From the NCBI GenBank assembly GCA_963823665.1, contig CAWGMQ010000004.1, positions 1 through 64,000 on the forward strand: DNA of 64,000 nt, given 5' to 3'. The stretch is from an uncultured Planctomycetota bacterium (GTDB taxonomy: Bacteria > Planctomycetota > Planctomycetia > Isosphaerales > Isosphaeraceae). The notes under the pieces are model-generated. The model saw nothing but the letters and a program-made list of their open reading frames with translations. It ran no database searches and was not told the DNA's origin. Shown here piece after piece: positions 11,105 to 20,614 of the stretch; position 1 is the first letter of the stretch, and the number at the start of each line of letters is the position of its first letter. The position numbers and the translations under genes are program-made.

Positions 11105-11365
11105 ATGCACACGACGAAATTGCGCAAGGTTGGCGGCTCGGTAATGCTCGCGGTACCACCGGTGCTGCTGGATGGTTTGGGTCTGCGGCCGGGTGCCAAA
11201 GTTGGCTTGACGGTGCACGGCGGTCGGCTTGTCGTGGAGCCGCAGCGACGGCCGCGCTACACGCTCGACGAGTTGCTCGCCCAGTGCGACCCGAAAGCCC
11301 CGCGACGCAATAATGATGATCGCGAATGGCTAAACGACACGCCTGTGGGCGGCGAGCTGATCTGA
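11105..11365 (+). CDS. pemI: PemI/MazE (AbrB-fold) antitoxin
   Basis: MHTTKLRKVGGSVMLAVPP...RPRYTLDELLAQCD...EWL...GGELI; GGAGG SD. Confidence 0.92.
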   Translation: MHTTKLRKVGGSVMLAVPPVLLDGLGLRPGAKVGLTVHGGRLVVEPQRRPRYTLDELLAQCDPKAPRRNNDDREWLNDTPVGGELI

Positions 11366-11697
11366 TGAAGCGCGGCGAAATCTGGCTAGTCGGACTTCAT
11401 TCCACACAGGGACACGAGCAGAAGGGACGTCGGCCGGTCCTGATCGTCTCTCCAGACGCGTTTAACCGCGTGACGAAAATGCCGGTTGTTCTACCCATCA
11501 CCAGCGGTGGAAACTTCGCACGGACGGCGGGATTTGCAGTGCCGCTCCAAGGTGCCGGGACCAAAACCACGGGCATTATCCGCTGCGACCAGCCCCGCGC
11601 GCTCGATCTCGGTGCGCGCGGCGGCAAGAAGCTCGAGAGCGTTCCTGAGGCAGTCGTCGATGAGGTGTTGGCGAAGCTGACTCCGATCTTCGAATAG
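11365..11697 (+). CDS. pemK: PemK/MazF endoribonuclease toxin
   Basis: MKRGEIWLV..TQGHEQKGRRPVLIVSPDAFNRVT..PVVLPITSGGNFAR..G.IRCDQPRALD; TGATG overlap with the antitoxin. Confidence 0.93.
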   Translation: MKRGEIWLVGLHSTQGHEQKGRRPVLIVSPDAFNRVTKMPVVLPITSGGNFARTAGFAVPLQGAGTKTTGIIRCDQPRALDLGARGGKKLESVPEAVVDEVLAKLTPIFE

Positions 11698-11812
11698 ACT
11701 CTCCCCCGTGCTCTCCTTCGACCTCGTCCGACCACAGCGGGTCGTCACTCGCAACGACTCCCAGCATCGATTACAATCTCGTCGAAAAGGTCCCCATCCG
11801 GAGCCCAGGGCA

Positions 11813-12901
11813 ATGAACGAACCGGCTACGAATGCTCTGGCCGCCACGCTGACCGACCCCACTCCCGAAAAGCCGCTGCGTCGGCCACGTTATCGCGGCA
11901 AGAATCCTCGCCATTTCCACGAGAAATACAAGGAGCTTCAACCCGACCGCTATCCCGACGAAATGGCGAAGGTAATCTCCGGCGGAAAGACGCCGGCCGG
12001 AACGCACAGGCCAGTCATGGTGGCCGAGGTCCTGTCCGTGCTCCGACCTCGGCCGGGTGATGTCGCCGTCGATTGCACGGTGGGATACGGCGGTCATGCC
12101 CGAGCCCTCCTCGCAGCCGTCCAGCCAGGTGGGCGGCTGCTCGGCATCGATGCCGATCCGATTGAATTGCCCAGGGCGGAGGCCAGACTCCACAGCCTCG
12201 GTCTTCCTCCTGAATCGATCGTGTTGCGACGCATGAATTTCGCGGCGTTGCCGCGATTCCTCGCCGCCGAGGCTCCCGAAGGGGCGGACCTCCTACTCGC
12301 GGATCTCGGTCTTTCCAGCATGCAGATCGACGACCCTGAGCGCGGCTTCAGCTTCAAGATCGACGGCCCCCTCGACATGCGGATGAACCCAACACGAGGC
12401 CGGACCGCGTCCGGTTTGTTGTCAGAACTGGGGGAATCGGGCTTGGTTCAGCTTCTCGCCGAGAACTCCGATGAACCCCACGCCCGCGAGCTCGCCAGCG
12501 CAATCCGTCTCGCCCATGCACGCGAACCTCTCGTAACCACCCAAGCACTTGCCACAGTCGTGCACCAGGCTTGTGCCCGCTGGCCCCGTCTTTCTGACAG
12601 TACCGTGGAGGATGTCGTTCGCCGAGTCTTCCAGGCGCTCCGGATCGCGGTGAACGCTGAGTTTGGGGCCTTGACAGCGTTTCTCCGTACCCTGCCGGCT
12701 TGCCTGAGACCAGGGGGGCGGGTTGCCATCCTGGCGTTCCATTCAGGCGAAGACCGCCGGGTGAAATCCGCGTTCAAGGAGGGTCTGCGCGACGGCAGCT
12801 ACGTCTCGATCGCGGAGGAGGTTATCCGCCCCTCCGCCGAAGAGAAGCGGGACAATCCGCGGTCGTCATCGGCGAAGCTGAGGTTCGCGGTCCGCAGGTA
12901 G
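11813..12901 (+). CDS. rsmH: RsmH/MraW-family SAM methyltransferase with N-terminal extension
   Basis: HRPVMVAEVL, VDCTVGYGGH, DLGLSSMQID..ERGFSF..DGPLDMRM, FQALRIAVN, FHSGEDRRVK, NPRSSSAKLR. Confidence 0.88.
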   Translation: MNEPATNALAATLTDPTPEKPLRRPRYRGKNPRHFHEKYKELQPDRYPDEMAKVISGGKTPAGTHRPVMVAEVLSVLRPRPGDVAVDCTVGYGGHARALLAAVQPGGRLLGIDADPIELPRAEARLHSLGLPPESIVLRRMNFAALPRFLAAEAPEGADLLLADLGLSSMQIDDPERGFSFKIDGPLDMRMNPTRGRTASGLLSELGESGLVQLLAENSDEPHARELASAIRLAHAREPLVTTQALATVVHQACARWPRLSDSTVEDVVRRVFQALRIAVNAEFGALTAFLRTLPACLRPGGRVAILAFHSGEDRRVKSAFKEGLRDGSYVSIAEEVIRPSAEEKRDNPRSSSAKLRFAVRR

Positions 12902-13054
12902 CTCGCTGCTATCGTCAAATCGGTAAGCCCGCCAGGGCTCCGAAGCAGGCAATCTTTGCGATTGGTTCTCATTCTATGCTTACTCTCACCTCCTGCCATG
13001 CGTTAGACTGATTTTCCTTTGTTAACCACTCACTCCCGAATCGAGGCGATGACG

Positions 13055-13162
13055 ATGGGTAAAGGCAACAACTCACGGAGCAAGGAAAAGAAGAAGCCCA
13101 AGAAGGCCGCAGCACCGAAGGCGATCCCGATAAAGTCTGCTCCTCCGCCCAAGAAACCGTGA
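13055..13162 (+). CDS. 35-aa Lys/Pro-rich small protein
   Basis: MGKGNNSRSKEKKKPKKAAAPKAIPIKSAPPPKKP*, with a GAGG SD. Below the ORF-track length cutoff. Confidence 0.65.
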   Translation: MGKGNNSRSKEKKKPKKAAAPKAIPIKSAPPPKKP

Positions 13163-13717
13163 TGCCGGGTCGCAGAGGCGAAGTTGGGCAGCGGGTCCCG
13201 TCCCGGCGTGTGCAACGGCTGAAGTAAATCGGTCGCTTTCTTCACGTCGTCGGCGTGTGCTCTTCTCGGCTACGCCGCATCCCGATCGCGATCGCCGCGC
13301 CGGCCAGCACAGGCCGTCGGCATCCGTGCGCGCCTCGCCCGGGGCGGTCCCCATGCAGAGGCCGAGGATGGCGTGGCCACATGGGTTGCCAGATACCGGG
13401 TTGCCAGACATCCACCATTTGGCCAGGGACTCACCCGAAAATGCTCGCAGTCCCACTCGCGGGCCGGCGCGCTTTCGGGATCGACCATCTGCTCCTGAAA
13501 TCCCCCGGCCCAATCCATCTCCATTTCGAGGCACCGCGCACGTTGCTTGCAAGAGTGCTTGGTCTATTTCGCCCTGATCGTCTGCGCGTGACGCCCTCGT
13601 TCACCCTACGGTCATTGACCGCCGCGCCCTGGCGATGATCGCCCGCAAGTCTCAAAATAGTGCTCGAGGATTTCTTTCCTGTCCCAAGCCTGTGCCAAGG
13701 CGCAGATCATAATCAAT

Positions 13718-14384
13718 ATGGGGACGAATAACGCTTCGAGTAATCCTGGCGAAGGAGCAGCGGCGGGTCCGATTGCCCCGATCAAGCATGATCACTCCGA
13801 CTGGGGACAGTTTCTCTCAGCACATCGCGACCGATTGCGCCGTATGGTCGCGCTGCGACTCGATCAGCGATTGCGCGGACGGATTGACCCTTCGGATGTC
13901 ATCCAGGATGCCTTTATCGAGGCAACGCAGCGACGTCCCGAATGCGTTCGTCAGTCGCACGTGCTGCCGCCGTTCTTGTGGCTGCGGCTCTTGACGCTTC
14001 AGCGCTTGCATCTCGTCCACCGTCGACAGCTCGGAACGAAGTCGCGACATGCGGGCCACGAGGTTCTCGATCCATGGCGGTGCGTTTCCCGCGGCGAGCT
14101 CGGCGGCCCTCGCTGCCCAGCTACTGGGACGCGACACCAGGCCCAGCGAAGTCGCCATCCGCGCCGAACGCAAGCGCCGGCTTCAAGAGGTCCTCGATGG
14201 CATGGACCCGATCGACCGGGAAGTGCTGGTCCTTCGCCATTTCGAACAGCTTCGCAATGTCGAATGCGCACGCGTGCTGGGGCTCGGTGAGTCGGCGGCG
14301 ACCAAGCGCTACCTCCGGGCGTTGCGGCGGCTCAAAGACATTCTCGCCACCCGCGAGGGAGGGCCGATGGAGGCCTGGTCATGA
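13718..14384 (+). CDS. ECF sigma-70 factor, kinase-associated planctomycete type (frameshift near 14070)
   Basis: HRDRLRRMVALRLDQRLRGRIDPSDVIQD, FLWLR, then DREVLVLRHFEQL..ECARVLGL.ESAATKRYLRALRRLK; ATGA overlap with the kinase. Confidence 0.9.
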
Positions 14385-17300
14385 ACGACAGATCAATCGC
14401 AGCGTCTGACGATGACCGGCTCGGCGCGGTCGTCGAGTCATTTCTCGACCGGTTCCGCCACGGAGAACGGCCGTCGCTCACGGAGCTGATGGCACAGCAC
14501 CCCGAACTTGCAGGCCAGTTCCGCGAGTTGATCCCGGCACTGATCGAGCTTGAGCAGCACGGCGAGCTTGGCGACAACCTCAAGTCACCACCTGCAAATC
14601 GGAGAAATCTCAGTGCTTCTTCTGCGGAAGGCCCGTGGCCCGAGCAATTGGGAGACTATCTCATTGTCCGGCGCATCGGCGGCGGCGGCATGGGGGTCGT
14701 GTACGAGGCCGAACACCAGTCTTTGAAGAGCCGGGTCGCGCTCAAAGTCGTGCACCCGCGATTCCGGGCCGACCCCAAGTACCTACGGCGGTTCCACGCC
14801 GAGGCCCGCGTTGCGGCCGGCCTTCACCACACGAACATCGTGAGCGTCTTCGATTTTGGCGATCACGACGGAGTTTGCTATTACGCCATGCAGTATATAG
14901 AGGGCCAGCCCCTGGACCACGTGCTGGCTGGCATCCGTCGGCTTCGTGACGAGGGGACGCAGGCTGATTTCATCCACGCCCCCGAGGGGATCTTCACCAT
15001 TCAGGCCGGGTCACCGGCGGCCCGCCGTTCGCCTGTGATCGATGGACTCTTGACCGGCCGCTTCGCGGCGGCCCGAGCGGTCGACGCCACACGGGATTTG
15101 GAACCGATCGACGGGTGCAATTCGGCTCCCTCGCATTCCGCCGGGACTGTCGCGGACGGGGCCGCGCTCGCCGCGCCAGTCGCGGACGAGCCCTCCTCGC
15201 CCGGATCATCTTCGCTCTCCGGCTTGAGCGAATTGCGGTACTTTCGCGAGATTGCGCGGGTTGGCGTCCAGGTGGCCGACGCCATGGAGTACGCGCATCG
15301 CCGCGGCGTCTTGCACCGCGACATCAAACCGTCGAACCTGTTGCTCGACGCTCAGGGCAATGTTTGGGTGACTGACTTCGGGCTGGCCAAGCTTGAAGAC
15401 GCGGATGACCTGTCGCAATCGCGCGAGCTGGTGGGAACGTTGCGATACATGGCACCCGAACGGTTCCGAGGCGTTTCCGATCGGCGCGGAGATATCTACT
15501 CACTCGGGGCAACGCTCTACGAGCTCGTGACATTGCGCCCGCTGTTCGAGGGTTGCGACCCGATCGGGTTGATCGAGCTGATCCGCAACACATCGCCGGC
15601 CCCGCCCAGTCATCTTGACCGCGACATTCCGCGCAACCTGGAGACGATCGTCCTGAAAGCACTCGCCAAGGACCCCAAGGACCGGTTCGGCTCGGCGGGC
15701 GATCTGGCCAACGAGCTGCGGCGGTTTGTGGAGGGGCGACCGATCCGGTCGCGGCCGGTTTCGATCGTCGAGCAGTTCTGGCGCTGGTGCAAGCGCGAGC
15801 CCTGGCTCGCTGGGGCGAATATCGCCGCGGCGTTGCTCATCACACTTTTGGCGGTGGTTTCGACGGCGGCGGCTGTTGTCTACCGCAACCAGGCCAGGGC
15901 GCTCTCGAACCAGGCCCGGTCGCTCTCGGACGAGCGCGGTCGCTCGGATGCGGTGTCACTTGATGCCCGGTGGCGCGCGGTCGACGCCTACTCCTCGCAA
16001 GCCCGCGCTGGGCGGTTCAGCGGCCGGCTCGGCCAGCGATTTGAAAGCCTCGAGGCCGTGCGCCAGGCCATGACGCTGCTCGAGGGCCTCCCCCAGGGAA
16101 CTGCCGCGGCCTCACGCCGCGACTCGCTGCGCGACCTGGCGATCGCTTGCATGACGCTCGCCGACATGAAGCCCGCCGGTCGGGTCATCAGTCGGCCGAC
16201 AGATACAATCGCGACAGCTTTTGATTCTCATATGACAAGATACGCTCTCCGATTCCGCGACGGCAGCGTTTCTGTCCGCCGCTGCACCGACGACCACGAG
16301 ATCGCCGCATTCAAGACGCCCGCGGACCACGACGTTTGGAGATTCAACTTCAGCCCCGACGGTCGCTACCTGGCGCTCGTGCAATCTTCCGAAGTTGGCT
16401 TGACCGTATGGGATCTGGAACTGTCCCGCGCTCTTCTGGAGCTTAAAGGCCCGATTTATCGGGCAGCGGCCTTCAGCCCGGACAGCCGCCGAATCATCGT
16501 GGGCGGCCCGAGTGAGGTTCTTGATTACGATCTGCGAAGCGTTCGAATCGCCCAGCGCTGGCCTGGGCGGGCGGACGTGCTGGCCTTTCGCCCCGACGGA
16601 GCCCAGTTCGCCAGCTCTAACAATGAGTCGCGGCCCCCGGTGTGCCGGATTCTGGACGGGAAGACGGGCCGGCTCATCCGAACCATTCGGCTGCGGACGG
16701 AAGCGCTGCACTTCGCCTGGAGCCCTGATGGCACCACGCTCGCGGTTAGCGGCTACGACTCCAAAATCGACCTTTGGGATGCGTCGACGAGCACTCGCCG
16801 GGCAACGCTCGAAGGCCATTACAACGTGGGAATCCACATCGCCTACCATCCTGCCGGTACTATCCTGGCAAGCACCGACTGGTCGGAGCAGTTACGTCTC
16901 TGGGATTCCGCCGTGGGACGGCACCTTCTGAATCTCACGGGCGACGGCGAGCCCGTGATCATCGCGGATGGCAGGATCGTGGTTTCTCGACCCGGGCAAT
17001 TAACCCCATTTGAGCTTAACCCGGCCCTCGAATATCGAACATTGGCCCACTCCGCGGCCGAACCAATATACTACTCTCGCCCATCCGTCCGGCATGACGG
17101 GCGCCTGCTTGCGGTTGGCACAAACCTGGGCGCCGTGATCTGGGACCTGGCCCTCGGCACCGAGCTCGCGTTCCTGCCGATCGGCAATGCCGCGCACCTG
17201 ATGTTCGACAACTCGGGCGACCTGATCACCAGCGGCTCGATGGGCGTCCTCCGCTGGCCGATCCACATCGACGCCGGTCAAGGCCGGTTCGTAATCGGTC

Positions 17301-18691
17301 CGGCGCGTTCGCTCCCATTGCCGGCGGCAAACTGCGGGATCGGCGTCGACTCGACTGGCCAAATCGTGGCCAAGGCCAACCATAGCTATGCCTACGTAAC
17401 GACTCCTGAAAAGACGAGGCCAGTTGGCCCCCTCGACGATTGCCGGGCCGTCGCCGTCAGTCCCGACGGAAAGTGGCTGGCGACCGGCAACCACGTGCGG
17501 CATCACGACGCCCAGGTCTGGCGCATCGCCGACCTTGCCCCTGTGGCGGAGCTTGCCGGCACATCTGGCACGGGGGTCGAGTTCAGCGCCGATGGAAAAT
17601 GGTTGATGACGACATCCGTCCCCTGCCGGCTCTGGGAAGTCGGTACCTGGCGCGAGCCAACGCGAATCGGCGACATTGGTGGTTGCTTCTCGCCCGACGG
17701 CCGGCTGATCGTGGTCCACGACGCGAGCAAGGTGATTCGCCTGGTCGAGACCGAGACCGGTCGCACGCTGGCGCGTCTCGAAAGCCCCGAACTCTCTGTC
17801 GGCTGGCCGGTCTTCAGTCCCGACGGTTCACGGCTCGTGGTGACGACAATGGCCGGCCCGGCCGTACACGTCTGGGATTTGAGGACGATCCGCCGCCAGC
17901 TTGGAGCGATGGGCCTCGACTGGGATGCGCCCCCCTATTCCGATGAGGATCCGGCCGACCCATCGGTTCCACCGCTAGGGCACATCGAGATTCGCGATTT
18001 CTCTCTGTCGATCGCTCGGGGAGTTGCGCTCGCCAATGAAGGGAGATGGGAAGATGCGGAAATCGCGTACAAGCAAGCGTTTTCCTATGGCAAGCCGGAC
18101 CAGCCCTATCAGTGGTTTGAGCAGGCGGCACTCGACCTCGCGGTGGGCGATCGCGCTGCCTACCGTCTGACCTGCCGACAGATGCTCGACGTTTTAGAGC
18201 GCAACAACGAACCGTCACTGCTGCTCTTTGCGGCGCACGCGTTTGTCCTCGGTCCCGATGGTGCCGCCGAAGCGCTCGAGTCGCTGCGCCTGGCCGAGCG
18301 CCGCGCCGCGTCTTTTCCCGACGTATTTTCTGAGCACGTCATGGGGCTGGCTCTGTACCGAAACGGCCGGTTCGCTGAAGCCCTTGCCCGGGAACTGGCC
18401 AACATCGCGCGTCATGGTGGTTGGACATGCGAGGTTCTCGATCGCCTGGTCGTGGCCATGTCCCAGAAAAAACTCGGCCGGTGGGACGAGGCAAAGCGCT
18501 CTCTCGCACAGGCCGAGACCTGGATCGGCGAACACCTGCGCGATCGACCAGGCGGGCTCGACCGGGGCGTCCCCGAAGGCTGGCACTGGCGCGACGCGAT
18601 CCTCATGCATATGCTGCTCCGCGAAGCCCGCGACCTGATCGGTGCGAAGTTGCCGATGTTGCCAGCGGATGTCTTCGCCCCCGCGACCTGA
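14381..18691 (+). CDS. Ser/Thr protein kinase with TM helix, WD40 repeats and C-terminal TPR-like region
   Basis: IGGGGMGVVY, VALK, HRDIKPSN, DFGLAK, GTLRYMAPE, DIYSLG; many FSPDG/WD repeats. Confidence 0.95.
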   Translation: MNDRSIAASDDDRLGAVVESFLDRFRHGERPSLTELMAQHPELAGQFRELIPALIELEQHGELGDNLKSPPANRRNLSASSAEGPWPEQLGDYLIVRRIGGGGMGVVYEAEHQSLKSRVALKVVHPRFRADPKYLRRFHAEARVAAGLHHTNIVSVFDFGDHDGVCYYAMQYIEGQPLDHVLAGIRRLRDEGTQADFIHAPEGIFTIQAGSPAARRSPVIDGLLTGRFAAARAVDATRDLEPIDGCNSAPSHSAGTVADGAALAAPVADEPSSPGSSSLSGLSELRYFREIARVGVQVADAMEYAHRRGVLHRDIKPSNLLLDAQGNVWVTDFGLAKLEDADDLSQSRELVGTLRYMAPERFRGVSDRRGDIYSLGATLYELVTLRPLFEGCDPIGLIELIRNTSPAPPSHLDRDIPRNLETIVLKALAKDPKDRFGSAGDLANELRRFVEGRPIRSRPVSIVEQFWRWCKREPWLAGANIAAALLITLLAVVSTAAAVVYRNQARALSNQARSLSDERGRSDAVSLDARWRAVDAYSSQARAGRFSGRLGQRFESLEAVRQAMTLLEGLPQGTAAASRRDSLRDLAIACMTLADMKPAGRVISRPTDTIATAFDSHMTRYALRFRDGSVSVRRCTDDHEIAAFKTPADHDVWRFNFSPDGRYLALVQSSEVGLTVWDLELSRALLELKGPIYRAAAFSPDSRRIIVGGPSEVLDYDLRSVRIAQRWPGRADVLAFRPDGAQFASSNNESRPPVCRILDGKTGRLIRTIRLRTEALHFAWSPDGTTLAVSGYDSKIDLWDASTSTRRATLEGHYNVGIHIAYHPAGTILASTDWSEQLRLWDSAVGRHLLNLTGDGEPVIIADGRIVVSRPGQLTPFELNPALEYRTLAHSAAEPIYYSRPSVRHDGRLLAVGTNLGAVIWDLALGTELAFLPIGNAAHLMFDNSGDLITSGSMGVLRWPIHIDAGQGRFVIGPARSLPLPAANCGIGVDSTGQIVAKANHSYAYVTTPEKTRPVGPLDDCRAVAVSPDGKWLATGNHVRHHDAQVWRIADLAPVAELAGTSGTGVEFSADGKWLMTTSVPCRLWEVGTWREPTRIGDIGGCFSPDGRLIVVHDASKVIRLVETETGRTLARLESPELSVGWPVFSPDGSRLVVTTMAGPAVHVWDLRTIRRQLGAMGLDWDAPPYSDEDPADPSVPPLGHIEIRDFSLSIARGVALANEGRWEDAEIAYKQAFSYGKPDQPYQWFEQAALDLAVGDRAAYRLTCRQMLDVLERNNEPSLLLFAAHAFVLGPDGAAEALESLRLAERRAASFPDVFSEHVMGLALYRNGRFAEALARELANIARHGGWTCEVLDRLVVAMSQKKLGRWDEAKRSLAQAETWIGEHLRDRPGGLDRGVPEGWHWRDAILMHMLLREARDLIGAKLPMLPADVFAPAT

Positions 18692-18956
18692 GCACCGCAC
18701 TCACCACGTCATTTTTCCGACTCGTCTGCGAATTCCTGTCCCGATCGCCGCGCAGTGCGCAGATCTCATTCTTGGTGCGTCGGAATTCTCATGTTCGACG
18801 ACAAGATCCCCACACGGTAAGACATCCATTTTTCTGACCCGCGCCGAGAAGTGCTCGAAGACTCCTCCGAATTCGGCACTTACCTGACCCGACTCGCCAT
18901 ATTCCAGTAGAGAACAACCATCCTGCACCTGTCTGCAACATCGAGGAGTGCTTTCC

Positions 18957-19646
18957 ATGCGACGATCTCAACAATTCCACCCTGGCGCGATGTTGTCGTT
19001 AGAGGGGCGCATCGCCCTGAGCTCTTTCGCACACTCCGCGAGCTCTGAACACGCGATCGTTGCTCAGACGACGCTCACCCCGCCCATCTTGAGCATCTTT
19101 CCGCGGGAGGCGGCGACTCTCGCTGCCGGCAATCCCGTTTACGAGCGCTGGACGACCACCCTCTACGACGGGCTGAGCCAGACGGACAACGAGACGTTTG
19201 TACTCTACAACCAGACCGTGACGATTACTGAGAACATTACCCTGCCTGGAACCGATGGATCGGAGACCGTGGTGGATCACTACACCGCCATCCAGGGCGG
19301 CGTTCTTTACCAGAACACGGCCACCGAACCAAACGGTCAGACCGAGGCCGAGACCCGCACGGACACCTTCAAGGGACACGGCAAGATTCTTTATAATGGG
19401 TCGTTCGAGCTGCCCGACGGTGTCACGGTCACGTTCAAGGGTAATTCGGTCAACCACGGGGCGCGAACCGTCATCAACAAATCGTACGATGAGTCGAACG
19501 GCATCTCCTACACGACTCATGAAGTGGATATCAATCAGAGCGCGTGGCAATCGAGCGCGACCGTGACCACCAAATGGCGCGACGGCTCACTCCAAATCGA
19601 CAAGGACACGGTTTCCGGCGTCCAGCTCTCCTCCCTCCCAACCTGA
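18957..19646 (+). CDS. Planctomycete extracellular protein with LEPR-XLL-like N-terminus; Thr-rich beta-strand body
   Basis: MRRSQQFHPG..LSLEGRIALS motif; GAGG SD. Confidence 0.75.
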   Translation: MRRSQQFHPGAMLSLEGRIALSSFAHSASSEHAIVAQTTLTPPILSIFPREAATLAAGNPVYERWTTTLYDGLSQTDNETFVLYNQTVTITENITLPGTDGSETVVDHYTAIQGGVLYQNTATEPNGQTEAETRTDTFKGHGKILYNGSFELPDGVTVTFKGNSVNHGARTVINKSYDESNGISYTTHEVDINQSAWQSSATVTTKWRDGSLQIDKDTVSGVQLSSLPT

Positions 19647-19662
19647 CCGCAGTCCGCCTTGA

Positions 19663-20586
19663 ATGGCGGAAGATAAGATCATGTCAAGCCTTCGAACAGT
19701 GGAGCCCGTGGTCCCGCGGCTTGCCGTGATCATTGGCCTGGCAAGCCTGCTCGGTATCCTTGCGCTGGCGACCGTGTTGCTGGGCATATTCGCCTCGAAC
19801 CTCTTCTTCTTGCTCTTCGCCATCGTCGATCTCGCCTTTGCCCTGCATTTCTATCGCCACCTGATCGGCCGTTCTGAGATGGGGTCCGGGCCATTCGCTC
19901 GCTGGGTTGTGGGGATGACACCGGTCGGCTGCTTCGCGATGCTGCTCGCAGTGCTCCGGAATTGGGCAGATCCGGAGGTTCGTGCGGATTCGGTCCTTCA
20001 GACGGAGTTCGTGATCGCGTGGGGCTGCGCGGTCCTCTGGGCCCACCTGGTGGGGCTGTTGCTCGGGCTTGATGTCTTGGACTACGGTGTCCCGGGGCGG
20101 AACCTGGCGGCGGTGTGGGCGGGCGTCGGGCTGACGATCGGGGTCACACTGGCAGCCGCCGGGCCCAACGTCGGTCAGGGGCCAACCGAAGCCACGACGC
20201 TCGGCCCGATGTTCCTTGCCGTGGGCGGCCTGCTGGCGGGTTGGGCTGGGTTCACCGTCCTCACCGGCAGCGTGGCAGCCGTCGCCGTTGAGCGAGACGT
20301 TCCTTCGGGTGTGAGGACCGCGGCGTTGCTCGTCGCCTTGGGGTTGATTCTCGGGCGCTCGGTCGCGGGCGACTGGGTCTCGGTCGAGTCGACCCTGCGC
20401 GATTACCTGCGGCAGGGCTTGGCGCCGGCGGCCACGTTGCTGGGGGTCGCCGCGATCATCGAATTCCTGGTCCGGCCTACCGTGCGTCGGCCAGTCACGT
20501 CCATAGCTCGTTCCGGCTTGAGCGCGGCCGCCCTGGATCTTGGCTTCGCCGCGGCATGGCTGTGGCATCTGGGACCCGTGTCATGA
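19663..20586 (+). CDS. Multi-pass membrane protein (DUF350-like)
   Basis: About 9-10 hydrophobic helices; RNLAAVWA and ERDVPSGVRTAA repeats resemble DUF350 units. Confidence 0.6.
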   Translation: MAEDKIMSSLRTVEPVVPRLAVIIGLASLLGILALATVLLGIFASNLFFLLFAIVDLAFALHFYRHLIGRSEMGSGPFARWVVGMTPVGCFAMLLAVLRNWADPEVRADSVLQTEFVIAWGCAVLWAHLVGLLLGLDVLDYGVPGRNLAAVWAGVGLTIGVTLAAAGPNVGQGPTEATTLGPMFLAVGGLLAGWAGFTVLTGSVAAVAVERDVPSGVRTAALLVALGLILGRSVAGDWVSVESTLRDYLRQGLAPAATLLGVAAIIEFLVRPTVRRPVTSIARSGLSAAALDLGFAAAWLWHLGPVS

Positions 20587-20614
20587 TCGGCCGCGGGGCC
20601 ATGGTCGCGAGGGC

